Below are positions 46,506 to 58,160 of a stretch of 58,788 bases of DNA, in pieces. This DNA comes from Evtepia sp. GTDB taxonomy: Bacteria; Bacillota; Clostridia; Oscillospirales; Oscillospiraceae. How positions within the stretch are numbered: the stretch's first letter is position 1; each line of letters opens with the position of its first letter. A model generated the notes under the pieces. That model searched no databases and had not been told where the DNA came from. It saw nothing but the letters and a program-made list of their open reading frames with translations. The stretch is taken from positions 1 through 58,788 of the forward strand of contig JAHHRP010000001.1 of NCBI GenBank assembly GCA_020025735.1, written 5' to 3'. The position numbers and the translations under genes were made by a program.

Positions 46506-48506
46506 CTACACTTCATCATCAAAATAGGTGTCGATGGTCTCCTGCAGCATGGGCAGGACTTCGGTGGGGGTTTTTCCTGGGAACTGTGCCCCCGCAGTGG
46601 CGGCATTGCCGCCGCCGCCGAGCATTTCACTGATTACTTGCACATTAACATTGCTGTTGGAACGTGCTGAAAGATAGGCCTGCCCAGCCTCTGGGAAGAG
46701 GACAAAGGATGCCTCCACACCTGCAATATTCAGCAGCTCATCCGCAGCTTGCCCAGCGATGGCGCGGCCCACTGGCCGATCGGTCAATGCGATGGCCATG
46801 GTGCCATGATAGGTGCTGGCCCCTTGGATAATTTGGAACTTGGTTACTGTATCCCGCAGGTCATTCTGGAAGAACTTATTGACCTGCGCGGTATCTGCCC
46901 CGGATTTTCGCAGGAATGCCGCCGTCTCAAAGGTCCGGCTGCCAGTACGCGCAGTAAATCCCTTGGTGTCCAGCACAATACCAGCCAGCATAGCCTCCGC
47001 CTCTGCCCGTTTCAGGTCACCGGTGTCCAAAATATACTGGACCAGTTCTGTCACCAGTTCGCTGGCGGAGGATGCGTAGGGATCATGAAAACTCAAAGCT
47101 GGTTTTTCAATGTAGGAAGCTGCCCGACGATGGTGGTCAATGACCACAATTCTAGCCCCTGAGGTCAGCAATTCCGGCACCTGGGTTTGCTCAGGCCGAT
47201 TGGTGTCTACCACAACTACGATAGAATTGAGTCTTGCTAGATGGATCACCTCATCAGGAGGGACAAAAACGCCTTGGTACTCAGGCAGCAAAGACAGTTG
47301 CTTTGTCTGCTCCTCTGCTGGGTAAGGGGACGGCGCACGCACAGCGCGAATGGAAACCCCCATTTTTCGGGCAATGGCACACACACCCGCCACAGCGCCC
47401 AGCACATCCAGATCAGGGTATTTGTGGCCCATAACGATCACCTGATCGGTACTGGCCAGCAGTTCTGAGAAGGCAGAAGCTACCACACGGCTTTTCACTT
47501 TTGTCCGTCGTTCGATCTCCTTGGATCGCCCACCGAAGAAGGAAAATTCTGCTCCATCCCTCACCACCACCTGATCTCCCCCTCGGCTCAGGGCCATATC
47601 CAGAGCTAGGGAAGCAAACTGGTAGAGCTGTTTGGGGGATTCCCCATTGCGCCCGAAGCCCACAGAGAGGGTTGCGGCTACGCCGTTGGGACTCTGTACC
47701 TGCCGAACCTCGTCCAAAACAGAAAATTTCCGCCGGCAGAATTTCTGGAACTGTCCTGCCTCCACCAGCAGCAGGTAGTGATCCCGGTCATAACGGCAAA
47801 GCATTCCCTGGGATGGTTCCAGCCACTCTGTGAGGCGGCGATTAATTTCAGCCCGGATGGTAGAACGCTCACTCTCCTCCAGGCCGCGGCCCAGATCCTC
47901 GTAGTTATCCACCTGGACGATGCCCAAGACAGGCCGGGTGGTCTCAAAGCGTTCTGCTGCCTGTGCATACGGGGTCACATCCACCCAGTAGGTTGTAGCC
48001 AAGAACTCATCCTCGCCTCCGGTGCAGACCAAATTGCCAAACACCAGATATAGACTTTCTCCTACTGGGACGAGTTCAGGGCTGAGCGTCTCTCCATCCA
48101 GCAGCCACTGGGCCTGGAAGGAGGGGACAAGGGCAGAGAGTTTGGTCTCAAACAGGTGATCTGGGTCTCCGGTCAGATGGAGGAACCGTTCATTGCTCCA
48201 GATGATATCATCCGTGTCGGGACGAAAGATAACAATGGGCATAGGGGAAGAGATCATGGTCCTTCGGGAGGCCACATCAACGCCACTGGTCATGTGGTCC
48301 AGATATGCCATCACTTCTTTCCGACGACGGTTGATTCCCGTCTGAAAGTACAAATAAAGGACAAAAATCAGGATGAGTTCTGCCAGGCACAACCAAGGGT
48401 TATACAAGGCTGTTAGGCCAGCAAAAAGCAAGCTGGCCACGAAAAACAGCCGAAAGCCCGCTTCCGTCATTCTGGAAAGGGCTTTTTGAAAGGTTTGCTG
48501 ACGCAT
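46506..48506 (-). CDS. gdpP: c-di-AMP phosphodiesterase GdpP (TM-PAS-GGDEF-like-DHH/DHHA1)
   Basis: SRGGDQVV, MGHKYPDLD, IDHHRR, GGGG; gdpP-rplI-dnaB synteny. Confidence 0.9.
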   Translation of the reverse strand: MRQQTFQKALSRMTEAGFRLFFVASLLFAGLTALYNPWLCLAELILIFVLYLYFQTGINRRRKEVMAYLDHMTSGVDVASRRTMISSPMPIVIFRPDTDDIIWSNERFLHLTGDPDHLFETKLSALVPSFQAQWLLDGETLSPELVPVGESLYLVFGNLVCTGGEDEFLATTYWVDVTPYAQAAERFETTRPVLGIVQVDNYEDLGRGLEESERSTIRAEINRRLTEWLEPSQGMLCRYDRDHYLLLVEAGQFQKFCRRKFSVLDEVRQVQSPNGVAATLSVGFGRNGESPKQLYQFASLALDMALSRGGDQVVVRDGAEFSFFGGRSKEIERRTKVKSRVVASAFSELLASTDQVIVMGHKYPDLDVLGAVAGVCAIARKMGVSIRAVRAPSPYPAEEQTKQLSLLPEYQGVFVPPDEVIHLARLNSIVVVVDTNRPEQTQVPELLTSGARIVVIDHHRRAASYIEKPALSFHDPYASSASELVTELVQYILDTGDLKRAEAEAMLAGIVLDTKGFTARTGSRTFETAAFLRKSGADTAQVNKFFQNDLRDTVTKFQIIQGASTYHGTMAIALTDRPVGRAIAGQAADELLNIAGVEASFVLFPEAGQAYLSARSNSNVNVQVISEMLGGGGNAATAGAQFPGKTPTEVLPMLQETIDTYFDDEV

Positions 48507-48585
48507 AGGGATACCCTCCAGGCAGGAAACGTCCTGCCAAACGATTCAGGATCGCACGCCAAGGGCAGTGCTAAAGTGATGATAT

Positions 48586-48614
48586 ATTATAGCACAATCC
48601 CCCCGCAGTGACAA
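48586..48614 (-). promoter_or_regulatory. sigma-A promoter of the gdpP-rplI-dnaB operon
   Basis: Minus strand TTGTCA-17 bp-TATAAT with extended TG. Confidence 0.7.
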
Positions 48615-48952
48615 GAGTCACAAAGGTCGCAGGTCCTTGGAAAAAGGTTAATTTTTGGAACCGGGAGATCACTCTCAAGGATTTTTTGAGGATTAGAACG
48701 CACTTGCTTTTGTTAGAACAAAGCCACACAGGTTTTGCAAGACAAGTCTGCCTCCTCCTCTTCGGCCGCAAGAACAAGGACTCCTCATGACAAAGCAGCC
48801 GCTGCAGGAAGCTTGCTTCCCACAGCGGCTGGTTCTGTTTTCTCCTGGATCGGAAGTTCGTTCTTCCTGACTGCAAGGGGCACACTGCTCCGTAGAGCAC
48901 AGCAATTCGCGTCAATTGCCTCTCCATGACTTTTCTTGCCGTTCCTCATGGG

Positions 48953-49795
48953 TCACTCCTGTCTTCCCGGCCGCCAATGTCTGTACCACACGCTGGTAAA
49001 TACAATGCCAATAAAGAGGATTTGTCCGCAAAGATACAGCCACAGCAGCAAGATAATCAGGGAGACCAGGGACCCATATACCAGGGAATACCGGGAGGAG
49101 AGTCCGATAAACCACGAGAACACACCCGAAGCCACCACCAATGCTAAGGAGGAAACCAAACTACTCACCATCACTGGCAGTCTGGGGGTCCCAATGGGGG
49201 AGGCTAGATTCAGTACCGCCAGAATGAACAGGAAGAACAGGCAAAACAGCAACACATATCTGGTCCAAGACCACAAGCCCACCAGACCATTCAAAAATGG
49301 AACGCGCTGGGCCACAGCATCCAGCGTCCTCTGGCTGGTGACCACTACGATGACCGACAGATCCACTGTGATGAGCAGGGCAAATGGGAGCAGGATACTC
49401 ACCACCAAGCCTTTCACCATAGATTGTGAGACGTTTTCATACATATCAACAATGACCCGTGTAATGGTACGAAACGCCGCAGCAGCAGAGAACCAGCACC
49501 CGAACAACCCTGCCAAAAAAAGCCCTGGGGTCTGATGGCTGGAAATATAGTGCAAGTATCCCTCCAGCATATCCAACGCAGCCTTGGGGAGGATATTCTG
49601 CATTTGGGTCATAAGGGCCACCACGTCAATGTTCACCAAGCCCAGGATATAAGAAACGCAGATCAGCATGGGAAAGACCGTGAGCAGGACGAAATACGCC
49701 AGGCAAGCGGCTGCCTGCGGAACTCTTCTGCTGAAATAGAGCATGATCCCTTCCCGAAGCAAAAGCGCAGGGGCAGAGTTCCAAACTTTTTTCAT
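48953..49795 (-). CDS. YihY/BrkB family membrane protein
   Basis: AACLAYFVLLTVFP; YSLVYGSLVSLIILLLWLY. Confidence 0.9.
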   Translation of the reverse strand: MKKVWNSAPALLLREGIMLYFSRRVPQAAACLAYFVLLTVFPMLICVSYILGLVNIDVVALMTQMQNILPKAALDMLEGYLHYISSHQTPGLFLAGLFGCWFSAAAAFRTITRVIVDMYENVSQSMVKGLVVSILLPFALLITVDLSVIVVVTSQRTLDAVAQRVPFLNGLVGLWSWTRYVLLFCLFFLFILAVLNLASPIGTPRLPVMVSSLVSSLALVVASGVFSWFIGLSSRYSLVYGSLVSLIILLLWLYLCGQILFIGIVFTSVWYRHWRPGRQE

Positions 49796-49828
49796 GGGAA
49801 TCGCCTCCTTTGGAGATGGACGAGCAAG

Positions 49829-49858
49829 TTCTAACCTCCATCCTACGCTGCATAAGCT
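49829..49858 (+). promoter_or_regulatory. Possible sigma-E type promoter of spoIIP
   Basis: TTCTAA-16 bp-CATAAGCT upstream of GGAGG RBS. Confidence 0.45.
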
Positions 49859-49879
49859 GAAGGCATACGGGAGGAGGAT

Positions 49880-51004
49880 ATGAGAATGAAATCACGAAAA
49901 TCTGTGGGACAGGTCCGCCGTTTTCTGCGCCGCAGTCTGGCTGGCCTGCTGGCCGTGGGAGGACTGACCATGGTAATAGGAACCACCAGTCTGCCCCAAC
50001 CCCTTGCTCTTCTGACAGGGTCCTGGGGCGCAGCCCCCCCTTTCTCTGCGGAAGAAAAGGACGGGCCTGTGCCCTTTCTCTATCGGCTGCTTCTGGGAGA
50101 ATCTGCTATGCTGGCCCAGTGGGCCGCAGCCGCTGCCGGCGATGGCGAGGCAGAAGCTGTTCCCCCAGCGGAGGCAGAGGCGGAGCCGAAACTGGAAGCT
50201 GTGACCCCAGATAAGATCCAGGAAAAAACCATTTCTGGCGGCGGTACTGGCTATCTCAATGCCCAAGGAATCTCTTTGTTCAACCGCACAGAGAAAACCG
50301 TAGATCTGAATGCGGTAGCGCAAGGCGGCTCTTCCCTGGCCTTCCAGCCAGCTGAAACGGGTCCACAGGTCCTCATTATGCACACCCACGCCACAGAGTC
50401 CTTCGCCCGGGATGGCACAGAGCCTTACACCGAAACAGGGGTGGCTCGAACTACTGACACTTCGTATAACATCGTCAAGGTGGGCGATGAAATTGCCCGG
50501 ATCTTTGAAGAAATGGGGCTTAATGTTTTACACGACCAGACACTCTATGACTATCCCTCCTACAACGATGCATACAGCAACTCCCGCGCAGGCGTTGAAC
50601 AATACTTAGCCCAATACCCCACCATTCAGATGGTCCTCGACATCCATCGAGATGCTCTAATCGGCAGTGATGGCACCATCTATAAACCTGTCCTCCAGAT
50701 TGACGGGGTCAAGACCGCCCAAGTTATGCTGGTAGTAGGTTCAGACGATGCTGGTGCCTACTTCCCTGACTGGACAGAGCATTTGGCTTTGGCCATGGAA
50801 CTCCAGCAGCAGATGAACTCTCTCTGGCCTGGGTTGGCGCGCCCTATCACCTTGCGTACCGCCCGTTTCAACCAGCAGCTGACCAAAGGCTCTCTGTTGG
50901 TGGAAGTTGGCAGCCATGGCAATTCTCTGGAAGAAGCCCTCGCCGGTGCCCGTCTCTTTGCGCGTTCTGCTGGTAAAGTCTTGCTGGAGCGCGCGGCAGG
51001 GTAG
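49880..51004 (+). CDS. spoIIP: Stage II sporulation protein P
   Basis: IMHTHATES, LDIHRDA, FNQQL, LLVEVG..GN. Confidence 0.93.
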   Translation: MRMKSRKSVGQVRRFLRRSLAGLLAVGGLTMVIGTTSLPQPLALLTGSWGAAPPFSAEEKDGPVPFLYRLLLGESAMLAQWAAAAAGDGEAEAVPPAEAEAEPKLEAVTPDKIQEKTISGGGTGYLNAQGISLFNRTEKTVDLNAVAQGGSSLAFQPAETGPQVLIMHTHATESFARDGTEPYTETGVARTTDTSYNIVKVGDEIARIFEEMGLNVLHDQTLYDYPSYNDAYSNSRAGVEQYLAQYPTIQMVLDIHRDALIGSDGTIYKPVLQIDGVKTAQVMLVVGSDDAGAYFPDWTEHLALAMELQQQMNSLWPGLARPITLRTARFNQQLTKGSLLVEVGSHGNSLEEALAGARLFARSAGKVLLERAAG

Positions 51005-51013
51005 AGGTAAAAG

Positions 51014-51043
51014 AGGACCGAACCCGCTGGGGTTCGGTCCTTT
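51014..51043. terminator. Bidirectional terminator
   Basis: AGGACCGAACCC / GGGTTCGGTCCT stem between convergent genes. Confidence 0.75.
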
Positions 51044-51047
51044 GTCT

Positions 51048-52898
51048 CTATGGGACGATCTCTGCTCCCTCTTGGGTGGGGATACTCTCTCCGTTTCCGG
51101 GCGTTTCCTCTTCGTTGGGTTGCTTGGGCGGTTCCGGCAACGCAGGCTCCTCTGGCTTCATTGGCTCCTCTGGCACAGGGGGCTGCTGCGGAGGCTGCTC
51201 TGACGGGGGTTGCTCAACAGGAGGCTGTTCCTCTTGCTCTGGCGGCACTTCCTGCTCTTCCTTCTCTGGTTCCTCCAGGCGGGCAGGTGCATTATTCTCC
51301 CCTGGCAGATAGAATAAGGGATCAATGAGTTCATTCTGATATCGCACCTCAAAATGGCAATGGGGGCCAGTGGAGCGTCCTGTGGAACCCACAGCAGCGA
51401 TGGGCTGACCCTGGGCAACCGTATCTCCAGCCTGCACCAGGAGTTTGGAGCAGTGGGCATAATAGGTTAAAAAGCCGTTGCCGTGGGAAAGGATAACCAG
51501 GTTGCCGTAAGACCCTCTTTCTCCGGCAAAAACCACCGTACCATCGGCACCGGCGTTGATGGCGGTGCCACTAGGTGCTGCGATATCAATGCCCCGATGG
51601 AAATTGGTTTCTCCGAAAATGAACCGATAACCAAAGTCCGAGGTAATCGGCCCCTGCACAGGCCACAAGAAGAGGCATCCTTCAGGAAGCTCTGGCAGGT
51701 GTTTTACTCCTGTGCCAACGATCAATGCCGTAGGCGCAGATCGCACCATTGTATTCAAGTCATTGCTGGCCACTGGCACACCGCAGCGCTTGACTACCCG
51801 AGCCAAGACCTCCATCTGTCCGGCTTCTCCTTCCTGCACCACGCGCTGTTGGCCCACAAACATCGTTGGGTCCTCCTGGGTTTCCAGGGCGGGGGCGATC
51901 TCACGGGTGAGATTCATCTCCTCTACCGTAGAGATCAAAAGCAGGGGGCACGCCTGCTCTATGGTAACCTGTACTCCTTCTGGCAGGGGAATCCAGATCT
52001 GATCCCCGAGCAGTTTTTCCAAATCCGGTTCTTCCGGCTGAGGGGTTTTTGCCGCTTGGGGTTTCTCAGGGGTGCCATCGGCAGGGATCTGCGTACTTTC
52101 TGCCGTCAGTTCTTCGTCCTCCTCAGGATATTCGTCCATAGGACCAGCAGAGAGTGGAACTTGAATCTCCAAAGGCAAGTCGGGGTTTAATGCCCGAAAT
52201 CGCTCCTCCGTCATGGCAAACAGCTCGGTCACGGACGCCAGGGTATCCCCAGGCTGTACGGTATAGTCAAAGGTTCGGGGCGTAGTCTTCATCAAGGTGG
52301 CAGCCAGTTCCTCTGCGGTCGCTTTTCCAGTCCCTGCAGGGAGATATTCATAGCGAATATCCACCTGGCTGTCAATGTGCAGCGAACGGGTCTCAGGGGT
52401 AGTGTACCGCTCCTTGACCAAATTCAGCGCCTGGGTAATCACTGCTGCATCTGCCGCTGCTCCCACACGTACGCCATCCACCGACAGCGTGTATACATGC
52501 TCTAGTTCCGGGATGCTTTCCAGCAGCGAACCTGCAACTCCAGATACCGCCGCCACCTGGTCTTTGGGGGCTACGGTCGTGCTCACGGACAGATCCTGCT
52601 CCATGGAGTATGGACTCTGTAAGATCTTGGACGCCCGATCCTCTGCCTGCGTTAGGGCTGCGTTATAAACGGTTTCATCTTGAAAGAACGCCAGCGAACG
52701 TCCTTGTGCCTCCACCTGATAGCAAACCGTCAAGGTGGCTGCACTTACGGTTCCTGTCATCACTATCCCTGCCACACAAAGGAAGGGGATGCACGCACGC
52801 AGAGGATGCTTAACGCTTTCCTCCTGGCGTTTTTCGCGGAAACGCTCCAGCGTCCGCCGGAGTTGTCCGTTGTTTTCGGGTCGGGATAATTTGTGCAT
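51048..52898 (-). CDS. Peptidoglycan DD-endopeptidase (M23) with LysM and G5 domains and Pro/Glu-rich tail
   Basis: YTVQPGDTL (LysM), G5-like VVQEGEAG..IVGTG, HRGIDI, YAHC, STGPHCHFEV. Confidence 0.9.
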   Translation of the reverse strand: MHKLSRPENNGQLRRTLERFREKRQEESVKHPLRACIPFLCVAGIVMTGTVSAATLTVCYQVEAQGRSLAFFQDETVYNAALTQAEDRASKILQSPYSMEQDLSVSTTVAPKDQVAAVSGVAGSLLESIPELEHVYTLSVDGVRVGAAADAAVITQALNLVKERYTTPETRSLHIDSQVDIRYEYLPAGTGKATAEELAATLMKTTPRTFDYTVQPGDTLASVTELFAMTEERFRALNPDLPLEIQVPLSAGPMDEYPEEDEELTAESTQIPADGTPEKPQAAKTPQPEEPDLEKLLGDQIWIPLPEGVQVTIEQACPLLLISTVEEMNLTREIAPALETQEDPTMFVGQQRVVQEGEAGQMEVLARVVKRCGVPVASNDLNTMVRSAPTALIVGTGVKHLPELPEGCLFLWPVQGPITSDFGYRFIFGETNFHRGIDIAAPSGTAINAGADGTVVFAGERGSYGNLVILSHGNGFLTYYAHCSKLLVQAGDTVAQGQPIAAVGSTGRSTGPHCHFEVRYQNELIDPLFYLPGENNAPARLEEPEKEEQEVPPEQEEQPPVEQPPSEQPPQQPPVPEEPMKPEEPALPEPPKQPNEEETPGNGESIPTQEGAEIVP

Positions 52899-52942
52899 GG
52901 AAGATCGACTCCTTTATAACTACAACGGGATGACAGGCCCCA

Positions 52943-53758
52943 TTAAGGCAACAGCTGCAACATAGCTGCCTGGTTTCCTCTCTGGTCACCCATTTTCCGG
53001 TGGGACCAGTATAACTCTGGGTGGCAGGCAGTACACAGAGACAACGTATCTATATTTTCCCCCCGCAGTCCTGCTCGAATCAGCTGCCAGCGAACAATTT
53101 CCTTCAAATCCACGGCGAATTTATCGTTTTCCAGCCGTTGGCAAAAGGCCAAAACTTCTTCTCCCAGCCTTTCTGCCATAGCAGCAGGGACATCCTCGTG
53201 GGTCTCAAAGCAACAGGGGCCGATTCCAGGTCCGATGGCAGCCAGGATCTCTTCCGGGTCACTGTCATACAGGTCCGACAATTTCTTCGCTGCTTTTGGT
53301 GCAATCCCCAGGCTGGTGCCGCGCCATCCAGAGTGAACCGCTGCAATGGCCCTTTTTTGGGGGTCATACAACAGCACCGGCAGGCAGTCGGCGTAATAGA
53401 TCGTCAAGCACAGGCCAGGCTGATTGGTAACAAGGCCATCCACCCGATAGTCGATGGGGTCCAGCAGATCCGGCAGGACATCGGCCTTCGTTGCCTCTCG
53501 GATGGCAGCCTCATGGACCTGATGGGTCATCACAAGGCACGCTGCATCGGCGCCAATGGCAGCACAAAAACGGTGGTAATTCTCTCGCACCGCCTCCCGC
53601 TCATCCGGCCGTGTGATGCCCAAATTCAGTTCCGCATAAGGCCCGGTACTCACCCCGCCCAATCTGGTGGCAAAGCCATGGGCTACGCCGCCGGCAGCAG
53701 TAAATGCGTCGGCGGTGTGAAAGACCACACCATGTTTGGTTTGCTTTGTAAATGACAT
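52943..53758 (-). CDS. pgeF: Peptidoglycan editing factor PgeF (YlmD/YfiH family)
   Basis: TRLGGVS, QVH, DGLVT, ADCLPV, HSGWRG, IGPCCF, SHR. Confidence 0.93.
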   Translation of the reverse strand: MSFTKQTKHGVVFHTADAFTAAGGVAHGFATRLGGVSTGPYAELNLGITRPDEREAVRENYHRFCAAIGADAACLVMTHQVHEAAIREATKADVLPDLLDPIDYRVDGLVTNQPGLCLTIYYADCLPVLLYDPQKRAIAAVHSGWRGTSLGIAPKAAKKLSDLYDSDPEEILAAIGPGIGPCCFETHEDVPAAMAERLGEEVLAFCQRLENDKFAVDLKEIVRWQLIRAGLRGENIDTLSLCTACHPELYWSHRKMGDQRGNQAAMLQLLP

Positions 53759-53803
53759 CGGCAGACCTCCTCTTCCTCAGGGCGCGGCCCGGCCCGCAGC
53801 AGC

Positions 53804-56554
53804 TTACTGGGCGGCTTTATCCTTCAGATAGCAGCACTTCTTATACTTTTTGCCACTGCCGCAGGGGCAGGGGTCATTGGGACCGATCTTAACCGTCTTT
53901 CGGATGGGCGTTTTCTTCTGTGGTTCCTCGCTGCCACCAGACTCTCCGGTGACCTTCGCAACCCGCTCCCGGCGCACTTCATTGGTCTGCACGCGGGCAG
54001 CCACAATCCGGCGGATGGTCTCCTCCTGGATCGCCTGGATCATGGCCTCAAACATCTCAAAGCCTTCTTTTTTATAGGCGTCCACAGGGTTTGTCTGCGC
54101 GTAGGCCCGCAGCTGGATTCCCTTCTTCAGCTCTTCCATAGCATCGATATGGTCCATCCAGTACTCATCCACGACTCGGAGCATCATCACCCGCTCCAGT
54201 TCCCGCATGAGTTCTTCGCCTAGGGATTCCTCTTTCGCATTATATACAGTCTGTGCCGCCTGATCCAATTCTTCGATCAGCTGCTGCACATTCTTCTGGG
54301 ACAGTTCTTTGCTGGTGTACTGGAACTGCTCCGGCTGGAAGAACAGGCCCTGGAACGGCTCGACGGCCATCTGATAGGCTTCTGCCGTAAGATGCTTATT
54401 CTCACCCAAGTGCCCCCGGAGCGAAGATTCAATCCACCGACTAATCATAGACCGGATGAACTGACCCATGTTCTCTCCATCCAGCACCTGACGCCGCTGC
54501 TTATAAATGACCTCACGCTGGACATTCATAACGTCGTCATACTCCAGGGTGTTCTTTCGTGCCTGGAAGTTTTTCGACTCCACCTTTTTCTGTGCATTTT
54601 CGATGGCCCCGGAGAGGATTTTTGCATCAATGGGCGTATCATCATCAATTTTCAAGGTTTCCATCATATTTTGCATCCGCTCGGTGCCGAACAGACGCAT
54701 GATGTCATCTTCCATGGAGAGATAGAATCGGCTCTCACCGGGGTCTCCCTGTCGGCCAGACCGACCACGGAGCTGGTTATCAATCCGGCGGGACTCGTGG
54801 CGCTCGGTGCCCAGGATAAACAGTCCGCCGGCATCCCGAACCTTTTCGGCCTCAGGTGCCAATTCTTCTTTATGCTTTGCCTCCGCCTCAGAGAACATCT
54901 TTCTGGCTTTAAGGATCTCTTCGTTGTCTGTCTCGGCAAACCCGGTAGCTTCCGCGATCATCTCGTCAGACAGCCCGGACTTCCGCAGGTCTTTTTTGGC
55001 CAAAAATTCTGCGTTGCCCCCCAGCATGATGTCGGTACCACGGCCCGCCATGTTGGTGGCCACGGTGACGGCGCCGAATTTACCTGCCTGGGCAATGATC
55101 TCCGCTTCCTTCTCGTGGTTCTTGGCGTTGAGGACATTGTGCTTGATTCCCTGCTTGGTCAAGAGTTTTGACAATACCTCAGATTTTTCAATGGAGGTGG
55201 TACCAGCCAGGACAGGCTGTCCTTTTTCGTGGCAGGCAGCAATTTGCCGGACGATGGCATGGTATTTGCCCGTGGTGTTTTTGTATACCTCATCTGGGTG
55301 ATCCTTCCGAACGAGGGGCTTATTGGTGGGCACCTCTACGATATCCAGTTCATATGTGGCGCTGAACTCCTCCTCTTCGGTCAAGGCAGTACCTGTCATA
55401 CCGGAGAGTTTTTTATACAGGCGGAAGTAGTTCTGGAAGGTAATTGTCGCCAAGGTTTTGGACTCCCGGGCCACAGTAACCTTTTCTTTGGCTTCGATGG
55501 CTTGGTGCAGACCGTCGTTGTAGCGGCGGCCATACATGAGGCGGCCAGTAAACTCATCCACGATGATGACCTCGCCATCCTTAACCACATAGTCGATATC
55601 CCGTTTCATAAGACCTCTTGCTCGGATGGCTTGATTGATGTGGTGAGAGAGGGTGGTGTTTTCGGGATCAGAAAGGTTTTGGATATTAAAGGCTTTTTCA
55701 GCCTTGGTGATTCCTCGAGCGGTGAGGGTGACAGCCCGGGCCTTTTCGTTGACCACATAATCGGCGTCAATATTCTCGTCTTCTTCCTCTTTGTCATCTA
55801 CGTTGGCCTTCACCAAGCCTTCCAAACCGGCAGCGAAGTTGTCTGCCAGGGTGTAGAGCTGAGTGGACTGCTCACCCATACCAGAAATAATAAGGGGCGT
55901 ACGAGCCTCGTCAATCAGGATGGAGTCCACCTCGTCCACGATAGCAAACGTGTGGCCTCGCTGCATAAGTTCCGCCTTATAAATGGCCATATTATCCCGG
56001 AGGTAATCGAACCCGAATTCGTTGTTGGTGCCGTAAGTGATATCGGCGTTGTAGGCTGCTCTTTTTCCCGCCGGGTCCACACCATGGATCACCAAACCAA
56101 CGGTCAGGCCTAAGAATCGGTAGACTTTTCCCATCCAGTCGCTGTCGCGCTTGGCCAAGTAGTCATTAACGGTAACGATATGTACACCCAGACCTGTCAG
56201 CGCATTCAGGTAAGCAGGCAGCGTCGCAACCAGCGTCTTGCCTTCTCCGGTCTTCATTTCTGCGATCCGCCCCTGGTGGAGGATAATGCCGCCGATCAAC
56301 TGCACCCGGTAGGGGCGCAGGCCCAAGACGCGGTCAGCCGCCTCCCGACAAGTTGCAAACGCCTCCGGCAGCAGATCATCCAAGGTTTCACCTTTCTGGT
56401 ATCTCTCCCGAAACTCCTTTGTCTTGGCCTGGAGTTGGGCATCTGTAAGCCCTCTATATTCCTCTTCTAATGCTTCAATTTTCCGAACGATGGGGTCCAG
56501 ACGTTTGATTTCCTTTGCCATGTTCGTCCCAAATAATTTCGTCAAAAAACCCAT
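53804..56554 (-). CDS. secA: Preprotein translocase subunit SecA
   Basis: [36 protein letters not shown]-terminal [13 protein letters not shown]. Confidence 0.98.
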   Translation of the reverse strand: MGFLTKLFGTNMAKEIKRLDPIVRKIEALEEEYRGLTDAQLQAKTKEFRERYQKGETLDDLLPEAFATCREAADRVLGLRPYRVQLIGGIILHQGRIAEMKTGEGKTLVATLPAYLNALTGLGVHIVTVNDYLAKRDSDWMGKVYRFLGLTVGLVIHGVDPAGKRAAYNADITYGTNNEFGFDYLRDNMAIYKAELMQRGHTFAIVDEVDSILIDEARTPLIISGMGEQSTQLYTLADNFAAGLEGLVKANVDDKEEEDENIDADYVVNEKARAVTLTARGITKAEKAFNIQNLSDPENTTLSHHINQAIRARGLMKRDIDYVVKDGEVIIVDEFTGRLMYGRRYNDGLHQAIEAKEKVTVARESKTLATITFQNYFRLYKKLSGMTGTALTEEEEFSATYELDIVEVPTNKPLVRKDHPDEVYKNTTGKYHAIVRQIAACHEKGQPVLAGTTSIEKSEVLSKLLTKQGIKHNVLNAKNHEKEAEIIAQAGKFGAVTVATNMAGRGTDIMLGGNAEFLAKKDLRKSGLSDEMIAEATGFAETDNEEILKARKMFSEAEAKHKEELAPEAEKVRDAGGLFILGTERHESRRIDNQLRGRSGRQGDPGESRFYLSMEDDIMRLFGTERMQNMMETLKIDDDTPIDAKILSGAIENAQKKVESKNFQARKNTLEYDDVMNVQREVIYKQRRQVLDGENMGQFIRSMISRWIESSLRGHLGENKHLTAEAYQMAVEPFQGLFFQPEQFQYTSKELSQKNVQQLIEELDQAAQTVYNAKEESLGEELMRELERVMMLRVVDEYWMDHIDAMEELKKGIQLRAYAQTNPVDAYKKEGFEMFEAMIQAIQEETIRRIVAARVQTNEVRRERVAKVTGESGGSEEPQKKTPIRKTVKIGPNDPCPCGSGKKYKKCCYLKDKAAQ

Positions 56555-56795
56555 AACGGTATAGATCCTTTCAAAAGTGGAATCCACTGTGTTTTCACAA
56601 AAATCAGGCCTCTTTCCCCGTGCAAATCAGGATTCCGGCCCCAATAGCTACGGTATTATACCACATTTACCAAGCAGAAAAAAGAGGAAACTGTAAACAA
56701 GTCGTAGAAAATCCAACGAAAAATCACGGTTGCTCCCGGAACTTCTCCTATGGTATACTAAAATGAAACAATCCAAGTCAAAAGGAGAGGCGTCC

Positions 56796-58160
56796 ATGGC
56801 GGCAAAAAAGAACGAAATCCATTCTCTTCGGATAGAAACCTTTGGCAGTGCTGGGGAAGGGGTTGCCCGTCTATCCGGCCAGGCAGTCTTTGTCAAGGGA
56901 GCGCTGCCTGGGGAGGTATGCCAGGTTCAGCTGCTAAAGGTCGGCAAGCGCGCCGCCTGGGGCCGTGTCGTCCAAGTGACGGAATCCTCCCCAGCACGTC
57001 AGGCTCCCGACTGCCCCCAATATCCAAAATGTGGTGGCTGTCAGCTGCGGCACATGACCTATGAAGAAGAACTGATCTTCAAGCGTCAAAAAGTTCAGGA
57101 CGCGCTCCAGCGCATCGGCGGTTGGAAGGGGACGGTCTCCGTCATCCACGGTGCCAAAGACCCCTTCCGGTACCGCAACAAAATCCAATTCCCCGTGGCT
57201 GAGGGGCCTCGGGTGGGATTTTTTCGCGCCAGGAGCCACGAGGTCATTGATGCCCCAGACTGCCTCCTCCAACCCGTACCGGCCACTCGTCTGCGGGCGG
57301 CTTTTCAGGCCTGGATGGCAGAGCACAAGATTCCTGCTTATGACGAACGCACCCACACGGGTCTGATTCGTCATTTTTATGTGCGGGTGAACCGTTTGGG
57401 GCAGACCCTTTGCGCAGTGGTTGCCAACGGAAGACAGCTCCCATTCCAAGATGCCCTTCTCCAAGCCCTTCGGCAAGCAGAACCAGCTCTGGTGGGCGTG
57501 GTCCTGTCCGTCAATCAAGAACAAACGAATGTGATTCTTGGCAAAACGCACCACCTTCTCTGGGGGCAGGATTTTTTAGAAGACGCCCTTTGTGGTCTGA
57601 CGTTTCGCCTCTCCGTCCCCTCCTTTTATCAGGTCAACCGGGCGCAGACAGAAGTTCTCTATGGCCGCGCTCTGGCCTTCGCAGGGCTGACGGGGACAGA
57701 AACCGTCCTGGATCTCTATTGCGGCATTGGAACCATCACCCTTGCCATGGCCCGTCAGGCCCGACAGGTCATTGGGGCAGAGGTGGTTTCCACTGCCGTA
57801 GAGGATGCCCGTGCCAACGCCCAGCGCAACGGCATTTCCAACGCAGAGTTTCTCTGTGCAGATGCTGGACAGGCCGCTCAGGAACTGGCACGCCGGGGGC
57901 TGCACCCTGATGTCATTTGTGTGGACCCGCCCCGGAAGGGACTGGCGCTGCCTGTCATTGATGCCATCGTTCAAATGTCCCCCCGCCGCCTGGTCTATGT
58001 TTCCTGTGACCCAGCCACGCTGGCCCGGGATGTAAACCTCCTATCCGAGCGGGGGTATATCCTCCAAACTGCCGAAGCGGCGGATCTCTTCCCCCGCACC
58101 GCTCATGTGGAGACCGCCGCCCTTCTCATGCCGGAATCATCCTTGCCTGCCCAGCGCTGA
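56796..58160 (+). CDS. rlmD: 23S rRNA (uracil-1939-C5)-methyltransferase
   Basis: TRAM domain, CPQYPKCGGC, SFYQVN, LDLYCGIG, DPPRKG, YVSCDP, DLFPRTAHVE. Confidence 0.95.
   Translation: MAAKKNEIHSLRIETFGSAGEGVARLSGQAVFVKGALPGEVCQVQLLKVGKRAAWGRVVQVTESSPARQAPDCPQYPKCGGCQLRHMTYEEELIFKRQKVQDALQRIGGWKGTVSVIHGAKDPFRYRNKIQFPVAEGPRVGFFRARSHEVIDAPDCLLQPVPATRLRAAFQAWMAEHKIPAYDERTHTGLIRHFYVRVNRLGQTLCAVVANGRQLPFQDALLQALRQAEPALVGVVLSVNQEQTNVILGKTHHLLWGQDFLEDALCGLTFRLSVPSFYQVNRAQTEVLYGRALAFAGLTGTETVLDLYCGIGTITLAMARQARQVIGAEVVSTAVEDARANAQRNGISNAEFLCADAGQAAQELARRGLHPDVICVDPPRKGLALPVIDAIVQMSPRRLVYVSCDPATLARDVNLLSERGYILQTAEAADLFPRTAHVETAALLMPESSLPAQR

Noticed and set aside
48571..48927. 118-aa ORF or ncRNA between yihY and gdpP
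   Set aside because: No recognisable motif; it overlaps a hairpin (48796-48831) and the gdpP promoter, so it is probably intergenic
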